Shown here: positions 10,687 to 20,549 of the stretch, piece after piece
Layout: every line of letters begins with the position of its first letter
How positions within the stretch are numbered: position 1 is the first letter of the stretch
From: an uncultured delta proteobacterium
GTDB taxonomy: Bacteria > Desulfobacterota > WTBG01
Assembly (NCBI GenBank): GCA_963793865.1
Contig: CAWCBP010000001.1
Span: forward strand, 608,001-672,000
Length of the DNA stretch: 64,000 nucleotides
Direction of reading: 5' to 3'
The notes under the pieces: model-generated
Database searches by the model: none
What the model was told of the DNA's origin: nothing
What the model saw: the letters and a program-made list of their open reading frames with translations, nothing else
Program-made: the position numbers and the translations under genes

Positions 10687-11151
10687 ATGCCTGAGGGTAA
10701 CGGCGATGGGGAGGGGGTGCAAACGGAAAGGACAGAGGGGCGCCGGGGTGAATCGCGCGAAGACATGCACGGGATGCTGCGTGTTCTGGTGATTGATGAC
10801 GATGCGGAGATCCGCAGGCTGCTCTGTGAAATACTCGCCTCTGCCGGTCATCTGGTTGCCGATGCCGGGAACGGAGCGGACGGTGTGGAGATCTTTAAAA
10901 AAGAAGCATTTGACCTGGTGCTGACGGATTTGGAAATGCCGGAAATGTCAGGGTGGGAGGTTGCCCGGTCGATCAAACATCATAACCCGGATGTTACCAT
11001 AGCGCTCATAACCGGATGGGGAGAAACCATCGATATCTCTCAACTCCGGGAAAGCGGCATCAGCACAATCATCAATAAACCGTTCAGAATGGATCAGATT
11101 ATACATCTTGCCCGGGAAGTTGGGGCGGGAACGCCGTCCGGGCAGAAATGA
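10687..11151 (+). CDS. Single-domain response regulator (start uncertain)
   Basis: VLVIDDD, DLVLTDLEMPEMSG, ITGW, KPF. Confidence 0.85.
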   Translation: MPEGNGDGEGVQTERTEGRRGESREDMHGMLRVLVIDDDAEIRRLLCEILASAGHLVADAGNGADGVEIFKKEAFDLVLTDLEMPEMSGWEVARSIKHHNPDVTIALITGWGETIDISQLRESGISTIINKPFRMDQIIHLAREVGAGTPSGQK

Positions 11152-11154
11152 CGT

Positions 11155-11460
11155 TTACTCAATGGGGGTTCGGATCCTGTCCTTCAGTTCTCCGAGCTTC
11201 CCTTTATTCCATTGAGAAACCCTGGTATAATAGCCGGTAATTCTTGTGATGTGTTCCACTTCGAGTCCCCGGTTTACCTCCGACATGATTTCGGCGGCGG
11301 TTAATTTTTCTACCACCTCGTTATCTATTTTCGTGCAGGAATCAGGATTGTTGACATAGAAGGGCAGGTGCCTGTTTCTGAAATAGGTGTGGCTGCCATC
11401 AAACCGGCATTCTATCTGCCGGTTCTCTTCCAGAAAGCGAACAAGTTCGGATTTATTCAT
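11155..11460 (-). CDS. Small stand-alone class III RNR (NrdD) glycyl-radical C-terminal domain protein
   Basis: ITRITGYY...WNKGKLGELKDR matches the NrdD C-terminus; GGAGG RBS; 101 aa. Confidence 0.8.
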   Translation of the reverse strand: MNKSELVRFLEENRQIECRFDGSHTYFRNRHLPFYVNNPDSCTKIDNEVVEKLTAAEIMSEVNRGLEVEHITRITGYYTRVSQWNKGKLGELKDRIRTPIE

Positions 11461-11545
11461 AAAGCCTCCCCGGAGCGGTTAAGTACTGCATATGGGTAAA
11501 TCGTGAGCCCTTCTACCATATGTTGATTTAAAATTCAAGTCATAT

Positions 11546-11575
11546 TTGACATATTTAAAATTTTAAGTTACTTAA
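11546..11575 (+). promoter_or_regulatory. Putative sigma70 promoter of the fur-family gene with an overlapping palindrome
   Basis: TTGACA-17-TACTTA; TTAAGT-T-ACTTAA palindrome at 11563-11575. Confidence 0.45.
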
Positions 11576-11604
11576 TAGTATAAATTTCATCGTGATGACG
11601 GGAT

Positions 11605-12069
11605 ATGGAAAAGACACGTTTGGTTAAATTGCTCAAGGAAAGAGATGTACAGGTAACCCCGCAGCGACTGGCCATTTTTGAAAGGCTGGTAACCCGCAAG
11701 GACCACCCTTCAGCGGAGATGATTTACAGCGAGCTCACTCATGAGTTTCCTTCACTGACGCTGGTGACGGTATACAATACGCTGCAAAAGCTTTCATCAT
11801 CAGGATTATGCTGCAAAGTGAATCCGCTCCACAGTTCGGCCCGCTACGATGGAAACACCACGGCCCACATGCATTTGATTTGCAGCACGTGTGAAAAAGT
11901 GCTCGATCTGCACGATGTTCCTTTTTCGATTGAGTTGCCGGACTGGGTTGCCGGCGAATTCCGGGTCGCGAATCACATGGTTGCTTTTTTTGGACTCTGC
12001 AGGCAGTGTCAAATATCGGCCGCGGCCGGATCCACTGAAGGCATCAATCCGGCATCGCGGACGGCGTGA
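11605..12069 (+). CDS. Fur-family regulator, PerR-like
   Basis: HPSAE, TVYNTL, RYDG..HMHLICSTC, CRQC. Confidence 0.9.
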   Translation: MEKTRLVKLLKERDVQVTPQRLAIFERLVTRKDHPSAEMIYSELTHEFPSLTLVTVYNTLQKLSSSGLCCKVNPLHSSARYDGNTTAHMHLICSTCEKVLDLHDVPFSIELPDWVAGEFRVANHMVAFFGLCRQCQISAAAGSTEGINPASRTA

Positions 12070-12103
12070 CAAACCCCTTTGTCTTGACAAGAGGAGCTCT
12101 GAC

Positions 12104-14168
12104 ATGGCTGATACAGGCAGGAAAAAATCGGGCGATGGGACTGCGGGCAAAAAGAAAATGTCCGGGTTGAAGGAAATGTCAGGTAATGCGAACGCGGCCC
12201 TGGAAACACCGGATATAAAGGGAGCGGAGGCAAAGTCGGCTTGTGAAGCGACCCGGAAAATGATCCGGCGGGCCGAGGAGCTTCAGATATCAACCGTTTT
12301 CGGCCGCGCGGAGTCAATGAAGCCATGTCCCATCGGGGCGGAAGGGAGCTGCTGTAAGAACTGCGCCATGGGACCCTGTCGGGTGCCTCCATCAAAAAAG
12401 GAAGGCGAGCCTGCCAAAGTGGGGCTGTGCGGAGCGTCAGCGGAAACCATAGCTGCGAGGAACTTTGCCCGGATGGTTGCCGCCGGATCCGCAGCTCATT
12501 CAGACCATGGTCGGGGAGTGGCTGAGGTCTTTTTGCTGGCCGCAAAAGGCGAGATACCGGGGTACGGTGTCAAGGACGTCCAAAAGCTTTTGCAGGTGGC
12601 GCTTGATTTCGGGCTTGACGTTGAGCACATGGGGATTAAAGATCTCGCGGTCAAGGTGGGCGAGATGGCGCTGGCGGAGTTCGGAAGGCAGGAGGGGGAA
12701 CTGCTCTTTGCCCGGATGGCCCCCTTAAAGCGGCAGGAACTGTGGCGGAAATTGAACCTTATGCCCCGGGGGATAGACCGGGAAGTGGTGGAGCTGATGC
12801 ACCGCACCCACATGGGTGTGGACCAGGACTATAAGAACCTGACCGCCCAGGCAGCCCGTGCGGCCCTGAGCGACGGCTGGGGCGGATCGATGATTGCCAC
12901 CGAACTGCAGGACATCATGTTCGGGACGCCGGTTCCGGTCAAGGGATCCATCAACCTGGGGGTGTTAAAGGAGGACGAGGTAAACATCATCGTGCACGGC
13001 CATGAGCCGCTGCTGTCGGAAATGATCGTGGTGGCCACCCAGGATCCGGAGATGACCAAGCTGGCCAGGGAAAAAGGGGCAAAGGGGCATCAACCTGGCG
13101 GGCATGTGCTGCACGGCGAACGAAATACTGATGCGGCATGGCATACCCATAGCGGGCAATTTTTTGCAGCAGGAGCTGGCTATTGTGACCGGTGTGCTGG
13201 ATGCAATGGTGGTGGACGTGCAGTGCGAGATGCAGTCAATGCATAGCATTGCCAAATGTTTTCACACGGAGCTGATCACCACCTCGCCCAAGGCGAAGAT
13301 CGAGGGGGCGCGGCACATACAGTTTGATGAGCATGATCCCATCAACACGGCAAAAAAAATAGTAACCGCAGCCATCGAGAACTTTCCGCGTCGCAAGGGG
13401 GAGGCGTTCATACCCAGCGAGACGCACGACATGGTGGTGGGTTTTTCGCACGAGACCATCAACTATCTCCTGGGGGGCACGTTTCGCTCATCCTACCGGC
13501 CGCTCAATGATAACATCATCGGGGGCAGGATCCGCGGCATAGCCGGGGTGGTGGGGTGCAACAATGCGAGAACGGTGCACGACAGCGATCACCTGGTTCT
13601 GATCAAGGAGCTTTTGAAGAATGATGTCATCGTCCTGACCACGGGATGCAGCGCCATGGCCTGCGGGAAAGCGGGCCTGCTGGTGCCCGAGGCCGCGGCG
13701 AAGTACTGCGGTTCCGGTCTGGCGGAGGTGTGCGAGGCGGTGGGGCTGCCCCCGGTGCTGCACATGGGGTCCTGCATTGATAACAGCCGGATCCTGATGG
13801 CGGCGACGGCGGTGGTGAAGGAGGGAGGATTGGGGGATGATATTTCCGATCTGCCGGCGGCAGGAGCGGCGCCCGAGTGGATGAGCGAAAAGGCGATATC
13901 AATCGGCCATTATTTTGTGGCCTCGGGAGTATACACGGTGTTCGGAACCACCTTCCCCACCACCGGGAGCAGGATATTCACCGACTACCTGTTCAAGGGG
14001 CTTGAAGAGGAGTGGGGGGGAATGTGGGATTTTGTGGCCGATCCCATGGAGATGGCCAGGAAGATGATAGCGCACATCGATAAAAAGAGGAAGGCGCTGG
14101 GTATCGATAAAGCCCGGGAACGGGTGCTCTACGATATGGCCATGCGGCGTGAGCTGGAAAGCGCCTGA
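12104..14168 (+). CDS. cooS: Anaerobic Ni,Fe-CO dehydrogenase catalytic subunit; one extra G at 13084-13087 splits the ORF
   Basis: CCKNCAMGPC, HSDHGR, HGHEP, GMCCTANE, GCNN, GSCIDNSR, EWMSEKA; removing one G restores KGINLAGMCC. Confidence 0.93.
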
Positions 14169-14204
14169 TGGCATATGCCCTGAAGGAGCGCAAGGAGGTG
14201 CAGG

Positions 14205-14531
14205 ATGGACATACGCATAGATAAAAGCGTGGTTGAATTTACCCCCGGGAACCCGGCTGAAACAAAACAGCTGGAAGAGTTATGGAGGGTGATTGTCGAC
14301 TGTGCTCGATTCAGCAGAAGGCTGGTTCCCATTGGAGAATACATTCCCGGACAGCGAAACATGGCCAGATTTGCAATAGAAGGGGATGCGTCCCCGGACA
14401 AAAAGATTCCGGAAAAATACGCTGAAAGCGAGGGGCGTTACGTGTGCCTCACCTGCAATAAGTATATAATGCTGAAAAAGGGTGATCAAATCCCCCTTTG
14501 CTGCGGAAAGCTGATGGAATGCTATGATTAG
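14205..14531 (+). CDS. Hypothetical protein with C-terminal desulforedoxin-like CxxC...CCG motif
   Basis: AGGAGG RBS; YVCLTCNK...PLCCGKLM. Confidence 0.75.
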   Translation: MDIRIDKSVVEFTPGNPAETKQLEELWRVIVDCARFSRRLVPIGEYIPGQRNMARFAIEGDASPDKKIPEKYAESEGRYVCLTCNKYIMLKKGDQIPLCCGKLMECYD

Positions 14532-14573
14532 CCGTCCTGCAGAATAGATTTGTAAAAATTTTTTTGGTGCGCT

Positions 14574-14606
14574 ATATAACCCCGTGGATGAACTGCGGGG
14601 TTATAT
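14574..14606. terminator. Hairpin, possible terminator of the cooS unit
   Basis: ATATAACCCCG...CGGGGTTATAT inverted repeat. Confidence 0.55.
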
Positions 14607-14710
14607 CTTTTCGGCCTGGCGGTTGTTCTTACAGAACGCTGGCTGTCCGTTGCACCGGGAAAACATGCCGGGACACGCGAGGGACCAGGCAATCAGGCGC
14701 CGCATTCACT

Positions 14711-14941
14711 ATGGACTCCTGCAAACACGAAGTATTGAGGCTGGTGACCGACACGAACCGTAAAGTTCGATGCCGGCATTGCCATCTGGTCATTACCGAA
14801 GCCGAACTGGGTGACAACTGCTGTCCGGAATGCCGCGAAGTCCACCGGGTAAGCAGGCGGGATTTTGAAAAAATAGTTCCCGCGGAGAGCGGGAATGTCC
14901 GCTATTGCTGTGAAGGCTGCGGGGCCATTATTGAGTGCTAG
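14711..14941 (+). CDS. Small Cys-rich putative metal-binding protein
   Basis: CRHC, CCPEC, CCEGC in 76 aa. Confidence 0.65.
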   Translation: MDSCKHEVLRLVTDTNRKVRCRHCHLVITEAELGDNCCPECREVHRVSRRDFEKIVPAESGNVRYCCEGCGAIIEC

Positions 14942-14965
14942 GAGCGGCATACGTCACGTTGCACA

Positions 14966-15526
14966 ATGCTCATCCGGGGAGGAAGCATACCCGCGGGATG
15001 CGGGGTGCGCAGAGGATACGCGGACATTCTCAAAGGCTGGTGCCGGTCAAAAGGGATCGAACTCATTAACCGCTCCAGAACAGGCGAAAATTCCTTTGAC
15101 GGCGTCCGTTCATTTGATGAGGATATTGCGCCCTTCAGGCCCCGGCTGCTCATTCTCCATTTCGGCATCGATGATGCCTTCGGCTGCGTGTACAAATCCG
15201 AGTTTAAGGAAAACCTGGTGAGGATGGTGAGGAGCGCGAGGGAATGCTGCGAGCCGGTCATCATCATGCCCACCTCACAGTCCTTCGATAGCGCTTATTA
15301 CATGCAGCCGGCACATTTCTATTACCAGATCATCCGCGACGTCTGCACTGACCTGGGATGCCAGATGGTGCCGGTGCACGCCTGCTGGGACAGGCACATG
15401 CGGGAACAGGGTCTTATGCACAAGGATCTGGTGCAGAAGAATGTGCTCCACCCCAATGAGCGGGGGCATGCCATTTTCGCGAAGGCGATTATTAACCGGA
15501 TTGAGCTTATTGGTCTCGCGGGATAA
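14966..15526 (+). CDS. SGNH/GDSL-family hydrolase (start uncertain)
   Basis: GGS block I, FGIDD block III, LHPNERGH block V. Confidence 0.75.
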   Translation: MLIRGGSIPAGCGVRRGYADILKGWCRSKGIELINRSRTGENSFDGVRSFDEDIAPFRPRLLILHFGIDDAFGCVYKSEFKENLVRMVRSARECCEPVIIMPTSQSFDSAYYMQPAHFYYQIIRDVCTDLGCQMVPVHACWDRHMREQGLMHKDLVQKNVLHPNERGHAIFAKAIINRIELIGLAG

Positions 15527-15629
15527 AGGGGACTGGAAGGAAGGCGCATCCGGGCGTCGGGGGCAATGCACGGTATCCTGCTCCGCTCCGACAAAAAGGT
15601 TTTTGCAACAGGATGGTCCGTTTTATCTG

Positions 15630-16889
15630 TCAGGACCGTCCTGTTTTTTTTATGCGTGGTACCCGGCAACCGGTTTTTTTAAATAAAATCCAGGCGGTAA
15701 TAATGGAAGCGGCAGTAATCCAATTCGGCAGGGTAAAATGATGCCCTACAATGAAGCCTCCCATGAGCGGTGGCAAAAATTGGGTTAAGGCCAGCACAGA
15801 CTGGTTAATGCCCAGGATTTCTCCCTGGTTTTCAGCGCCGCCGAGCCCGGAGATGAGTGCCGTTAAATTGGGGTTTGAGAGGCCGTTCAAGAGCGGGATA
15901 AAGGTGATCATGGGGAAAAGAAGGGAAAAGCGGGGAACCAGCAGGAGAAGAGGGAAAATGAGGGCCAGCAGCAGCAATGAGACGCTTAAGACCTCCGCGG
16001 GCCTGAACCGTTTTGATATTGCCGGTACGACCATCATCTGGGTGAGAATTGCACAGACTCCCACATAGGAGAATACCATGCCCAGCTGGGATTGCGTGGT
16101 GGAAAAGGTGTCGATAAGGTACAGCTGAAAAAACTGGGTGAAGAAATTGAACCCGAATCCGAGAAAAAAAACCACAAGAAACATGGACCGGTGCACGGAA
16201 TCCCGCATCGCCCTGATAACATTGGCCGGGCCGATCAGCATGTGCAGATCCCGGTGCCGCCTCTTTTCCTGAGGCAGTGTTTCTGAAAATTGCCACACCA
16301 CCTGGATAAAATTGAGCCCGGTCAGAAACGTGGCAAGCAGGAATGGCGTGGCGTAATTGCACCAGGGATGTACAGCGGGATCCGAGAGAAACCCGCCAAG
16401 CGCCGGGCCGATAAAAAGGCTTGCCCCGAACGCTGCGCCGATGAGTCCGAAATTATTTGCCCGGGACTGCTCGTCGCTCAGGTCAGCCATGGCCGACTGG
16501 GTAACCGCAAGACTGCCGGAGAAGGAACCCATGATGATGCGGCCGAGGAAGGCGAGCGGAAGGCTGGGCAGCAGAATGCTCACCGCCATGATCACGTACC
16601 CGATTGCCATGCCGACCAGAGAAAAGAGCAGCACCTTCTTCCGGCCGAACCGGTCAGAAAATGCACCCAGTATCGGTGCGGCGAAAAACTGGCACAGAGG
16701 AAATATGCCCACCAAAAATCCCAGTATGGTGGTTCTCACAGGGATGCTGGTGCCGGCCGCGATGATGCCCCCGTCTTCCTGGAGACAGAGCGGGGTAAAA
16801 ATAGGTATGGCAATGGTAAGCCCTATAAAGTTGAGGAAGGCGGTAAAAGCAATGACATTGAGGTCGCGGCGGAGTCGTTTCTTGTCCAT
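15630..16889 (-). CDS. MFS transporter (TetA-like drug:H+ antiporter)
   Basis: GAFSDRFGRKKVL motif A, about 12 hydrophobic segments. Confidence 0.9.
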   Translation of the reverse strand: MDKKRLRRDLNVIAFTAFLNFIGLTIAIPIFTPLCLQEDGGIIAAGTSIPVRTTILGFLVGIFPLCQFFAAPILGAFSDRFGRKKVLLFSLVGMAIGYVIMAVSILLPSLPLAFLGRIIMGSFSGSLAVTQSAMADLSDEQSRANNFGLIGAAFGASLFIGPALGGFLSDPAVHPWCNYATPFLLATFLTGLNFIQVVWQFSETLPQEKRRHRDLHMLIGPANVIRAMRDSVHRSMFLVVFFLGFGFNFFTQFFQLYLIDTFSTTQSQLGMVFSYVGVCAILTQMMVVPAISKRFRPAEVLSVSLLLLALIFPLLLLVPRFSLLFPMITFIPLLNGLSNPNLTALISGLGGAENQGEILGINQSVLALTQFLPPLMGGFIVGHHFTLPNWITAASIITAWILFKKTGCRVPRIKKTGRS

Positions 16890-17019
16890 AGTATGTGCCG
16901 ATAAAGCCCGGAGTGATTAGGTTTTGCAAAGCACAGATGAGCCACATGACCGCATGTTAAATTGGTTCATATGCTGATAAGGCGTTTTCTTTCAGTGGGA
17001 GGTAAAAGATATGGGATTC

Positions 17020-17622
17020 TCACGTGCGTCGCACAAAGAACAGAGGGAAGACGATATCGCTGAAACAGCAGGGAATCCAGACCGAAACAAACAAAAAGAA
17101 AAAGATGGCGATATATGAGTACCAGAAAAGAGCTCCGCCTAAAGACATGATAATGTGAAACAGTGATGCCCAGGTGCTGAGCAGGACATGACCTGAATGA
17201 GGCACTTTTGTGGTCGGGTAGCAGCACGCAATAAAAATGCCAAGAAATGCCATGGGGTTTACCAGCCACCATTCTTCAATGAACCCGACATGAACACCCC
17301 GGTTGGGCAAGCTCAGCACAATTTCTCCAACATAGGGAATGATGGAATCGCTGAGCGTCGCCGTTCCAATGGAACCTACATAACCAATGGTGATCGGTAT
17401 CAATACCCTGCCGGAATCTTTTAAATGCAACCTGTACATGGAAGTGGTTACCAGAGCGCTCAGCAGAACATGCAAGGGGTGAAGTGTATAAAATATTCGA
17501 TACGAGAGCCCGGAAGGGATGGAAATTGTTGAAACGAGAATCATTAAAACAATGCCGGTAAAGGCCCCGAAGACGGTAAAGGGGGCATGTGATTTTAATT
17601 CAGCTAAGATTATTTTTAACAT
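17020..17622 (-). CDS. Integral membrane protein with multiple His/Cys motifs
   Basis: Several TM segments; HAPFT, HPLHV, PHSGHV, PCCFSD. Confidence 0.75.
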   Translation of the reverse strand: MLKIILAELKSHAPFTVFGAFTGIVLMILVSTISIPSGLSYRIFYTLHPLHVLLSALVTTSMYRLHLKDSGRVLIPITIGYVGSIGTATLSDSIIPYVGEIVLSLPNRGVHVGFIEEWWLVNPMAFLGIFIACCYPTTKVPHSGHVLLSTWASLFHIIMSLGGALFWYSYIAIFFFLFVSVWIPCCFSDIVFPLFFVRRT

Positions 17623-17786
17623 CCTGCCTGTCTACTTATATGGCTTGGGTTTCCTGACAGTTCTGCTGTTTACCGATTGCGTTTTAGGCGGGGCTGCATT
17701 TTTTTAAATGAGCAGGCATGAATATGCGCACGACAGTAAAGCTGAATGGATAGATAGACTTTAAATCATGGCCGCAGGGGTATATT

Positions 17787-17978
17787 TCAATCTGATTCGC
17801 ACATGGATATGGCTTCCCTTGGACAGGCGGGAATGCACATGCCGTCTAAATCACATCGCTTCAGGTCAATCATTGCCGTGCTCTCTTTGATATAAATGGC
17901 TCCTTGAGGGCATATTCTAATGCATTCACCGCTCAACTTGCACTTTTCCGGGTCGATCCTTATAAGCATTTTAGGCAT
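17787..17978 (-). CDS. Dicluster-type ferredoxin with atypical motifs
   Basis: CKLSGECIRICP and CDLDGMCIPACP. Confidence 0.8.
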   Translation of the reverse strand: MPKMLIRIDPEKCKLSGECIRICPQGAIYIKESTAMIDLKRCDLDGMCIPACPREAISMCESD

Positions 17979-18341
17979 AGTATTGGACCATTAGGTAACA
18001 TTATTATTAAGATGCACACCCTTTTCGAGCCGTTTTTGGCTGTCACTGCCCCTGGATGGCATTGATTAGCCTATCCCACCCCGTATTCTTACCTTAACTT
18101 CATATTTAGGACAAGCACAAATTGCGGTTGAGTATGATTATTCCATGCGTGGAAAGTTTTTTTTAAACCTTCATATTGTTTTATTGAGCATGCAAGATTA
18201 CGTTACTAATTTAAACACATTAAATGATTTTTATATGATAATGATACGTTATAAAGATCTGTTATTCCATGATGATCAAACATGCTGATTATATAAAAAA
18301 ATTACAAGTATTTGTTTATTATATACTTTAAAAGTTTGCTA

Positions 18342-18369
18342 TTGACATGCTAGTAATAGTTATTACTAT
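18342..18369 (+). promoter_or_regulatory. sigma70 promoter with palindromic operator
   Basis: TTGACA-16-TACTAT; TAGTAATA-GT-TATTACTA at 18351-18368. Confidence 0.6.
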
Positions 18370-18525
18370 TGAGCCATTAAAATTAAATATTTTATATTTT
18401 TAGTAAATTAATATTATTTTTTAAGCATTTTATTTTGATATAAAACAATAAGAAATAAAAATTTTTATGTGTGGACTAAAAGACTCTGTTTTTTATTAGA
18501 TATTTCTTTAAGAAAGGAGACTGCC

Positions 18526-20010
18526 ATGGCAAGCAGGATATTGCATAAAAAAGATGAAGCGGGCATGGGCATTTCCGGCGGCGACAAGGATAACACTCCC
18601 TCCAGACGGAAAAGACTTGCATTGGTGTTATCAAATGTTTCAGGCAGAAAGCCGTCAAAAGAGATGCGTCCCTTGCCCGGTCATTATGATCGGGATAGTG
18701 AATTCTTTAATCTTGCCGGAGGATTGGAACCGGGGACCACTGACCAGCCTCCCTTTCCGGCACCGTCATCGCTGGCCATATACTTTAAATCAATCAGTAA
18801 ATATCCGCTCTTAAATGAAGAACAGGAAAAAAGCCTGGCACGGTTGATAAAGCATTACGAAAAGGAATTCAATCTTCTGGTGGTTAACTGGCATGTTCTT
18901 CTGAGGAGAAAATTTCTGGAACTGTTCCCCTTGAAGCAGCAGAAGGAGATTATGGCTGTTTTGTGTCGGGAGCACAGTTTCATCCCCTTGTTTGCCGATA
19001 TAGAGCACTTGTTACAGGAGCGCCGGAAAATTAAAGGCATGTTGGAAGGGGCGAAGAGCAGTAAGGATGTAAAGAATGAACTTAAGGAGACGGAGAACAG
19101 CGTAGAGGCGGAAATCTCAAAATGTATTGCTAAAATTAAGATTGATGAATCGCGGCTGAATAAATTTGTTCAGGATATTGAATCCCTTTCATACCGGCCA
19201 TCTGTTTTTAAGAAGAGAAAGCAGGTTGAGCTGGAAATGAAAAAAACTCTGCGTGAAATTGAGAGTGTGACAGCTGAAATAAAAAACATGAAAAACCAGA
19301 TGGTCAACGCGAATTTGCGCCTGGTGATCAGCATCGCAAAAAAATATCTCAATCAGGGTGTGGCACTTGCAGATTTGATTCAGGAAGGAAACCTTGGCCT
19401 GATGAGGGCCATTGATACCTACGATTATGTTCGCGGGCACCGGCTGGTGACCTATGCCACCTGGTGGATAAAGCAGGCAATGATCAGGGCAATTGACTGC
19501 CAGTCCAAGACGGTGAGAACGCCGGTATACGTGGCTGAGAAGTTAAATCAGATTGTGAAGACTGCAAACCGGCTTTACCAGGAATGGCAGCGCGAGCCGA
19601 CGCTCGGCGAGATTGCGGACGCAACCAAAACCCCCCTGCATGCACTCGAAAGCGTGATGACCGTTTCCAGGGATTACATTCCTCTGGAATACATGGCGGA
19701 AGATAAGAACGACGGCGTGGTGGACGCGACCGAGGATTTCAGCTGCGGATCCATACCGGCGCAGGTGGCAGCGGATCAGCTGTCGCAGGCGGTCAATGCT
19801 GTGGTTATGTCGGATTTAACCGAGCGGGAGCGGGATATCATTAAGCTGCGCTTTGGCATTGGTAATGCTCATGATCATACCCTGGAGGAAATCGGCAGGG
19901 AATTCAATTTAAGCCGGGAGAGGATACGGCAGATTTTGGAAACCGCGCTGCGCAAAATGAGAACCCCGGAGCAGCTCACGCTCTTGCGGGAATTTGCAGG
20001 TGCCAACTGA
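18526..20010 (+). CDS. sigma70-family (RpoD/RpoS-like) sigma factor without a recognisable region 1.1
   Basis: NLRLVISIAKKY, DLIQEGNLGL, TYATWWIKQ, TLEEIG..LSRERIRQI; AAAGGAG RBS. Confidence 0.9.
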   Translation: MASRILHKKDEAGMGISGGDKDNTPSRRKRLALVLSNVSGRKPSKEMRPLPGHYDRDSEFFNLAGGLEPGTTDQPPFPAPSSLAIYFKSISKYPLLNEEQEKSLARLIKHYEKEFNLLVVNWHVLLRRKFLELFPLKQQKEIMAVLCREHSFIPLFADIEHLLQERRKIKGMLEGAKSSKDVKNELKETENSVEAEISKCIAKIKIDESRLNKFVQDIESLSYRPSVFKKRKQVELEMKKTLREIESVTAEIKNMKNQMVNANLRLVISIAKKYLNQGVALADLIQEGNLGLMRAIDTYDYVRGHRLVTYATWWIKQAMIRAIDCQSKTVRTPVYVAEKLNQIVKTANRLYQEWQREPTLGEIADATKTPLHALESVMTVSRDYIPLEYMAEDKNDGVVDATEDFSCGSIPAQVAADQLSQAVNAVVMSDLTERERDIIKLRFGIGNAHDHTLEEIGREFNLSRERIRQILETALRKMRTPEQLTLLREFAGAN

Positions 20011-20092
20011 CTCATCGCTCTCAGCTGTTGTGAAGTTGCCGGTTTTGTGATAGAGGGTATGGTATCAAATTAAAGGCACAGAGGAGTTCAGT

Positions 20093-20542
20093 ATGGTCTA
20101 CCGGGTGATGGTGAGCGGAAGGGATTTTGAAACAGTCCAGCAAAGAATGGAACGGCTGATGCACAATGTATTTGACGAAATGCGTCCCGCCATGTTTGCA
20201 GCCGAAAAGGTATGGAAGCCGCCGGTGGATATCTACGAAACGGCGGAAGCAATAATAGTGCTGGTTGAGGTTGCCGGCATGAGCAAGAAGAGTATTACCG
20301 TGACCATTGAGAACAATGTTCTGAAGATTAGCGGGATCAGGGCAGATTATATGCCGTCGGCCAATACCAAGATGCACCAGATGGAGATCGATTACGGGAA
20401 ATTCGAACGGGTGATACGCATCACCATTCCCATTGACGCCGATAAAACCATTGCCCAGTATAAGGAAGGTTTTTTGCGCATTACCATTCCCAAGCTTACC
20501 AGCAAACAGAAAGTGCAGGTCAGCATGCCTGATGAGGAGTAG
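20093..20542 (+). CDS. Hsp20/alpha-crystallin small heat-shock protein
   Basis: WKPPVDIYET, EIDYGKFERVI, GFLRITIPK. Confidence 0.92.
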   Translation: MVYRVMVSGRDFETVQQRMERLMHNVFDEMRPAMFAAEKVWKPPVDIYETAEAIIVLVEVAGMSKKSITVTIENNVLKISGIRADYMPSANTKMHQMEIDYGKFERVIRITIPIDADKTIAQYKEGFLRITIPKLTSKQKVQVSMPDEE

Positions 20543-20549
20543 AGAGAGG

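Noticed and set aside
13070..13100. Programmed frameshift in cooS
   Set aside because: A homopolymer indel like others in the window; sequencing error is more parsimonious
14711..14941. c-type cytochrome from CRHCH
   Set aside because: No signal peptide; the motif is one of several CxxC pairs
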